The translations under genes were made by a program, and so were the position numbers. Source: an uncultured virus (IMG/VR IMGVR_UViG_3300033753_000202) (taxonomy: Duplodnaviria; Heunggongvirae; Uroviricota; Caudoviricetes). From it: a stretch of DNA of 64,000 nt. The notes below the pieces were generated by a model. That model did not search any database. It was given only the letters and a program-made list of their open reading frames with translations, and was not told the DNA's origin. Location: IMG/VR virus record IMGVR_UViG_3300033753_000202. The stretch is one strand, 5' to 3'. Every line of letters starts with the position of its first letter. The stretch's first letter is position 1. This document shows, one piece after another, positions 58,936 through 64,000 of the stretch.

Positions 58936-59156
58936 CGAAAGGTGGTTGTGGTAGTCCTTTCAAAACCTCATCCGACTTGGCTGAACGCTTGGGAGGGTAA
59001 GTAAGCGTGTAACGCAGTGGCGTTGAAAAATGGGGAGACTTTGGGATTTTACTCGTGAGGTGATCCCGATAAGCCCTGTTCCTCTCGCGGGAGAGGTACG
59101 CCATCCTCCTTCGGTTACACTCGGGTGGGGTTTTGAAAGGACTACTCGCCCCTTTC
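58936..59156 (+). ncRNA. About 220-nt structured ncRNA (6S-like rod?)
   Basis: 25-bp closing stem 58951-58975/59121-59145; inner GTGTAAC/GTTACAC and TGGCGT/ACGCCA; promoter TTGACG-N17-TAAGAT at 58901-58929. Confidence 0.65.
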
Positions 59157-59474
59157 GGATCTCTCCTTCGCTTGTCTCGTTTAATCCAATCTCCTTTTCT
59201 CTGTTCGACCGGGTACTCGTATCGCCCGGTGCTTTTTTTTACTTTTGACTTTTGGATAAACATACGGATATATTATTGACGTTATTGGACTAGTTTTGTA
59301 GTATAAAAACTGGTATTCCTCCTTTTACTTGACCGGGTAGATCGGTAGTCAGTCTACTCGGTATTTTTTATACTTCAAACCTTCATTTCTTTTTAGGGTA
59401 CTTGCTTGTTTTCTTGGGACTGGTTTTTTATACTAAGTACCAGTTTGGAAGATCTCTCAAGGAGGACTAGGATC

Positions 59475-60116
59475 ATGAGATACCGCATGTGGAATACGTT
59501 GAAGAACACGGTCACTGTCTTCCACTCCTTCGAGGAGGTCATCGCGTACTGCGCTCGTTATAATCGTTGGTACTCGTGGTGGGGTAGCGACATTAATATC
59601 CCCTCGAATCCGCATCTGTTGCCGTATGAGAAAGCGAATCGCTTGTTGGGGGAACTCTTGGCTTTCTCACCTCGCGAGGCGTACTATACCGTACCGGGTC
59701 TGGAGTCGTCCGGGGTGCGTAATTTGATTTTCTTCGATCCGCTTGGGCGGGTCATGGACATGCGTGACTTTTGGTATGAAATCGCAAATTTTTCCTATCC
59801 GTCATTGAAGTCGCAACCTGATTGGGCGCTTCGGCGGAAGGGGAAGCATCCGAGGATCACGGTGATTTTCCGGCAAACTCCGGTACCTCATACGGGTCGT
59901 TGGAAGAAGGGAGCGGTTTGTAAGAATCCGCAAACTTTTCAGGAGCGGAAACTGTCTTTGGATGAGGAACATGCGCCGTATATTCGCCCTTCGAGAAAGG
60001 CGCGGGCGCTTCCTTCGTATCGTCTGGCAGGAGGACGTAATTATTACCGCTCTTGGAAGCATCAGTCCAAGCGGAAACATCAATGGGATCGACCCAGAAG
60101 GAGGGAGACCTCATAG
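59475..60116 (+). CDS. Basic phage-type hypothetical protein
   Basis: AAGGAGG RBS; FR..PVP.TG, P.T.QER, RSWK.Q.KRK.QW. Confidence 0.7.
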   Translation: MRYRMWNTLKNTVTVFHSFEEVIAYCARYNRWYSWWGSDINIPSNPHLLPYEKANRLLGELLAFSPREAYYTVPGLESSGVRNLIFFDPLGRVMDMRDFWYEIANFSYPSLKSQPDWALRRKGKHPRITVIFRQTPVPHTGRWKKGAVCKNPQTFQERKLSLDEEHAPYIRPSRKARALPSYRLAGGRNYYRSWKHQSKRKHQWDRPRRRETS

Positions 60117-60646
60117 AGGATTTTGTTATCCGTCGAGCGCGGGTTTCGGACACCCCTGAGATCTTTCGTATTGTGCAGGACTTGCAAGCGAGGGGTATCA
60201 TTTCTACGACGGATACTTTTAAGATGTACCGCCAATCTATTAAGCGCTCGAAGCTGTTTCTGGTTTTAGAGTCGCAAGGGAAGGTTGTAGCATTCTTGAA
60301 GGGGTCTTTCAAACGAGAGATTCCCCTTCTTCATGATCTGCGACTTTTGGTTTCTCGTCACCATCGGGGTAACTTCTACTATCTTTTTCAGATTTGTGTT
60401 GACCCGATTGAAAGACGTAAGGGGTATGGGCGGGCGCTGAATGAATATTTGTTCCAGCACTTACCGCCGGACTGTCCGGTTTTCCTTTCGATAGATAATA
60501 AGAATTATCCTTCAATCACGTTTCATCAGTCTATCGGTTATCGATTTGTGGAGTTGTTTCAGCCGCCCACTCGAAAGAAACCCGCGCTCAAGCTACTCTA
60601 TGTAAATGATGCATCTAGGTTTCGCGCTTTTGTTCAGAGTAAGTGA
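60083..60646 (+). CDS. GNAT acetyltransferase (start uncertain)
   Basis: IRRA...D, QICVDP..R.KGYG..L, N..S..FH.S.GY. Confidence 0.85.
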   Translation: MGSTQKEGDLIEDFVIRRARVSDTPEIFRIVQDLQARGIISTTDTFKMYRQSIKRSKLFLVLESQGKVVAFLKGSFKREIPLLHDLRLLVSRHHRGNFYYLFQICVDPIERRKGYGRALNEYLFQHLPPDCPVFLSIDNKNYPSITFHQSIGYRFVELFQPPTRKKPALKLLYVNDASRFRAFVQSK

Positions 60647-60710
60647 TATGTTTTGTCACAAGCACTCTGCATTCGCGGAGTGCTAATTTCACGCCATTTG
60701 GGGTGGTTTT

Positions 60711-61247
60711 ATGCCTACGAAAGCGAAGAATAGGATGCTATATACATCCAATCTTCCTCCGTTTTTTAAGCTCGAATGCGGAGAGGAAGTTTGCATATAT
60801 AACGTACCTTTTCGAGTGCAAGGTGTTTTGCATCTCTTTCAACGTAAGCCTGTTTCTCGGGAAATTGATGAGTATCGAAGCTTACTTCTTTACCGTTTGA
60901 AAGCGAAAGGGATGACAGCTTATTTATTTTGTGAAGCCGAGCGCACTCCAGTTTTCACCTTGATGAGCGGGTATAAAGGTAGGTTTACTCCCTCTGAAAG
61001 TCACACTCAACCCTCTACAATAAAGGGGTGTGAGTTTTGGTTATACAATCATGGTCGGTATGAATTAGCGCTCAAGGGTAGTTTACCTTTCACCCCTCAT
61101 TACTACGCCTTTGTTTGGTTGTATAAGGCGGAAGGTCGTCTGTTTGTGCATATTTGGCAGAATGGAAAAGCGCATTCGTTTGTTGGTACTGGTGTTCCAG
61201 TAAGTTCGATTTCTTTTAAGTTGCATCATTCGAGACTTTTATCATAA
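60711..61247 (+). CDS. Hypothetical protein
   Basis: ORF with GGGGTGG upstream. Confidence 0.5.
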   Translation: MPTKAKNRMLYTSNLPPFFKLECGEEVCIYNVPFRVQGVLHLFQRKPVSREIDEYRSLLLYRLKAKGMTAYLFCEAERTPVFTLMSGYKGRFTPSESHTQPSTIKGCEFWLYNHGRYELALKGSLPFTPHYYAFVWLYKAEGRLFVHIWQNGKAHSFVGTGVPVSSISFKLHHSRLLS

Positions 61248-61261
61248 GGAGTGTAGTTCTG

Positions 61262-61942
61262 TTGTCGCGTTTTCTTCTTGCTCATGACTTGCATCGTTTG
61301 ACGACTCTTGTAAATAAGTATGACTATGATCTTATTCGCTCCTTTTCCTCTTGTGGTCTTAAACTTTCACCGCAAGATTTTGTGAATTTGGTAGTGACTG
61401 AAGGAAAGGTACAAATTGATAGTGCGGCTTATACGGTCTGGACTTGGGGTACTGCGGGTCAGCGTTTTCTCCTGCGGGTTTTCTCGCAGTCTGTCTACAG
61501 GACGTCTTTGGAGACGCATCGTCGGTTTTCGCAACAGCCCTTCAGCTTCTCCCCACTCCTGTTCAAGGAGGGGGTATTCGAATTGTTTGTTTCTAGTGGG
61601 GTTTCTCTTTCTGAAGTGGATCTGCTGTGTCTTGACTTTCAGCACCTTTTGCGTCAGTTTGAGTCTATAAGAGACACTCTTTCTGCTGAAGGTTTGTTCT
61701 GTATGAATCTGAGTCTTGACTGTTTTGTTTGGGATGATGCCACTCAGCGAGTTTACTTGCAACCGTTTACGGGGGTACTTTCTTTGCAAGATCTTAAGTG
61801 TAATGGGGCTTCTGATCTTGATTTAGACTCTCGTTTCGGTTTGATGGAGTATGCTTTCAATGCGGTAATTTCGCTTTTGCAGGACAAGTATGACTCGCTC
61901 CTGCAAGAGCAGGAAACGGAAAAGGCTTTGGTTTTCTGTTGA
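61262..61942 (+). CDS. Hypothetical protein
   Basis: AAGGAG RBS. Confidence 0.55.
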   Translation: MSRFLLAHDLHRLTTLVNKYDYDLIRSFSSCGLKLSPQDFVNLVVTEGKVQIDSAAYTVWTWGTAGQRFLLRVFSQSVYRTSLETHRRFSQQPFSFSPLLFKEGVFELFVSSGVSLSEVDLLCLDFQHLLRQFESIRDTLSAEGLFCMNLSLDCFVWDDATQRVYLQPFTGVLSLQDLKCNGASDLDLDSRFGLMEYAFNAVISLLQDKYDSLLQEQETEKALVFC

Positions 61943-62010
61943 TCTTTTCCATTACAGTCATTGAACATAGAATATACTAGGTATGTTCTTGATTCGAGGT
62001 GGTTATTGTT

Positions 62011-62493
62011 ATGTTGGAGTCCGCTATCGGTGATATTACGCAAATTCGTGGGGTTGAGTACATCTGCAACGCGGCAAATCCGCAGGGGATCATGGGTGCT
62101 GGTGTGGCTGGAGCCATCGCTCGGGCGGCGGGCGAACGTTTTCTTGAAGAGGTTCGTCGTGTCGCGCAGACTTACCGAGTGAAAGCGGGCGGTATCTATG
62201 TTACTTCTGCTGGAAATCTCCCTTATCGTGGGATTATTCATTTGGCTTCTGTTCCTGCTCCCGGACGGCATTCGACTTACAGTATTGTGGAGTCGTGCTT
62301 GAGGAATTTGGTGCAGTTTGCATCTTCTTCGCAGGCTACGGCGATAGCCCTGCCGCTTCTCGGCACGGGGGTAGGAAGACTTGATCCAGCACAGCTTAAG
62401 TCGTTGTATCAGAAGTATTTGCAGGAGCATCGAACGCGCTTTGTGGTGGTCGAGTTTAACCCTGCTGTCTATGAAGCTTTTGTCAGGGGGTAG
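62011..62493 (+). CDS. Macrodomain (ADP-ribose binding/hydrolase) protein
   Basis: GDIT, NAAN..G.MGAGVAGAI..AAG, T.AGNL, IIH, IALP.LGTGVG. Confidence 0.92.
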   Translation: MLESAIGDITQIRGVEYICNAANPQGIMGAGVAGAIARAAGERFLEEVRRVAQTYRVKAGGIYVTSAGNLPYRGIIHLASVPAPGRHSTYSIVESCLRNLVQFASSSQATAIALPLLGTGVGRLDPAQLKSLYQKYLQEHRTRFVVVEFNPAVYEAFVRG

Positions 62494-62645
62494 TGTTCGG
62501 TGTATTTGGTCGAAGATTGTTTTGGTAGTCTGTATTTGACGGATACCAATACCCACGAGTGATTACGGAGTTGGTGGAACCTGCGATTTCCTTTAGCCAT
62601 CACGACGGGTTTGGTACCTTACCAACTTAAAAGAGGTGATTCATT

Positions 62646-63083
62646 ATGGATCAGGTTTTGGCATTCGTTGAGGAGAATTATTTGTACTTGATGGGTATTT
62701 TGCTTGTCGCTTTTATTCTTGTGCGTATTATCAAGAGTGTGATTAAGTGGCTTCTGTTGACGCTGATTGTATTCGGCGTGGCGGTATGGGGGTATGTGTA
62801 TGTACCGGAGGAGGTACGGGAAGCACCGAAGGAAGTTGCTAAGACATTAGCGCAAGAACAGGTTGACAAAGTATTGGCATCCATTGTTACTGCAACGAAT
62901 CTTGATGTTTCTCTCCGTGACGATGGGACGTACATTTTGTCTGCTCGGGTTTATTCTGAGGGTGTGGATATTTTGCTTACTGGGAAACCGGGTTCGGACA
63001 AGGCGACGTTGTATATTGGTAAGGTCAGCAAAGAAGTTAAATTGAGCAGTCAACTTATCAAGTTTATCCAGTCGAAGCTGTAA
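62646..63083 (+). CDS. Membrane protein
   Basis: Two N-terminal TM helices; GAGGTG RBS. Confidence 0.65.
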   Translation: MDQVLAFVEENYLYLMGILLVAFILVRIIKSVIKWLLLTLIVFGVAVWGYVYVPEEVREAPKEVAKTLAQEQVDKVLASIVTATNLDVSLRDDGTYILSARVYSEGVDILLTGKPGSDKATLYIGKVSKEVKLSSQLIKFIQSKL

Positions 63084-63107
63084 CATTTCCACTAGGGGGT
63101 TATTTCT

Positions 63108-63983
63108 TTGCGGCAGTACTTGGATCATTGTCGGCAGATCCTTGAGCAGGGTGCGGTTCGTGGGGATCGAACGGGTACTGGTACGATCTCACACTTTGGT
63201 GGGCAAGTCGAGTATGACTTGTCGGAAGGTTTTCCGCTCATGACCACCAAGGACATGAGGGAAAACTTCCCACGCATCGTTCACGAGTTGGCGTGGTTTT
63301 TGAAGGGGGATACGCATCTTCGTTATCTTCTGCAAAACAACGTCAACATTTGGACACCTGATGCACATCGTGTGTATCGTCAGCGTGGTGGAACGCTTTC
63401 GCTTAAGGAGTTCAAGCAAAGGCTCCGGGAGGATGAACAGTTCCTTAATGACAATGGGGAACTCGGACCAGTTTATGGGAAGCAGTGGCGTTCGTGGGGT
63501 ATTGAAGGAATCGATCAACTCTCGATAGCTTTGGATCAGATCAAGAATGATCCTTCTTCTCGTCGCATTATCGTTTCGGCGTGGAATGTGTCCGATCTCG
63601 ATCAAATGGCACTCCCGCCGTGCCATGTTTTGTTCCAGTTCTATGTTCAAGATGGGCTTTTGTCTTGTAAGTTGTATCAACGGTCAGCAGACATGTTCTT
63701 GGGGGTACCGTTCAACATCGCGTCCTACGCGTTACTCGTCCATTTGATCGCGCATGTGACGGGGTTGAAGCCGGGTCGGTTCATTCACACCTTTGGTGAT
63801 GCTCATATTTATCTGAATCACGTCGAGCAAGTGAAAGAGCAACTGCGCCGCGAGCCTTTCCCGCTCCCGACGCTTCGTATCGATCCGCAACTTACTGATC
63901 TGTTTGACTTTGATCCTGCGTGGGTCACCCTTGAAAATTATAAGCACCACGGGGCGCTTCGTGGTGCTTTGTCGGTGGGTTGA
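63108..63983 (+). CDS. thyA: Thymidylate synthase
   Basis: [47 protein letters not shown]. Confidence 0.97.
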   Translation: MRQYLDHCRQILEQGAVRGDRTGTGTISHFGGQVEYDLSEGFPLMTTKDMRENFPRIVHELAWFLKGDTHLRYLLQNNVNIWTPDAHRVYRQRGGTLSLKEFKQRLREDEQFLNDNGELGPVYGKQWRSWGIEGIDQLSIALDQIKNDPSSRRIIVSAWNVSDLDQMALPPCHVLFQFYVQDGLLSCKLYQRSADMFLGVPFNIASYALLVHLIAHVTGLKPGRFIHTFGDAHIYLNHVEQVKEQLRREPFPLPTLRIDPQLTDLFDFDPAWVTLENYKHHGALRGALSVG

Positions 63984-64000
63984 GAGCGCCCCCATTTGCT

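Noticed and set aside
60098..60116. Non-canonical ATA start for the GNAT gene behind an AGGAGG
   Set aside because: An in-frame ATG exists at 60083, and the two cannot be distinguished from sequence alone.

Overview
This 64 kb window is gene-dense and almost entirely plus-strand coding. It looks like part of a very large Bacillales mobile replicon (jumbo phage or megaplasmid; the host is probably Paenibacillaceae-like, inferred from a copper-amine-oxidase N-terminal domain, sortase signals and sigmaA-type promoters). No virion or replication genes are visible, so phage versus plasmid cannot be settled. Recognisable cargo: csp, YitT, a PspA operon, tmk, thyA, an MCP, Asp23, an amidoligase, Toprim, two DprA/SLOG proteins, a nucleotidyltransferase, a nuclease-m6A methyltransferase fusion, GNAT and macrodomain. 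RNA genes include two tRNA arrays, scattered tRNAs and an unusually long tmRNA. The most striking observations are: (1) a DUF2828 (TROVE/Ro60-like + vWA) gene preceded by three structured RNA units that share a WTCCAGCAA motif, a candidate Y-RNA-like RNP system; (2) many tRNA-like and other closed-stem ncRNAs, including a double-T-arm RNA, tRNA mimics with extended anticodon arms, a long-variable-arm tRNA-His and a Ser-like tRNA with an Arg anticodon; (3) a J-domain-pseudokinase / vWA / divergent PurA triad; (4) a window-wide, strand-polarised excess of GGGGTA; (5) a surface polyprotein with an internal sortase signal fused to a second signal peptide. All calls come from reading the sequence by eye; no searches were run.
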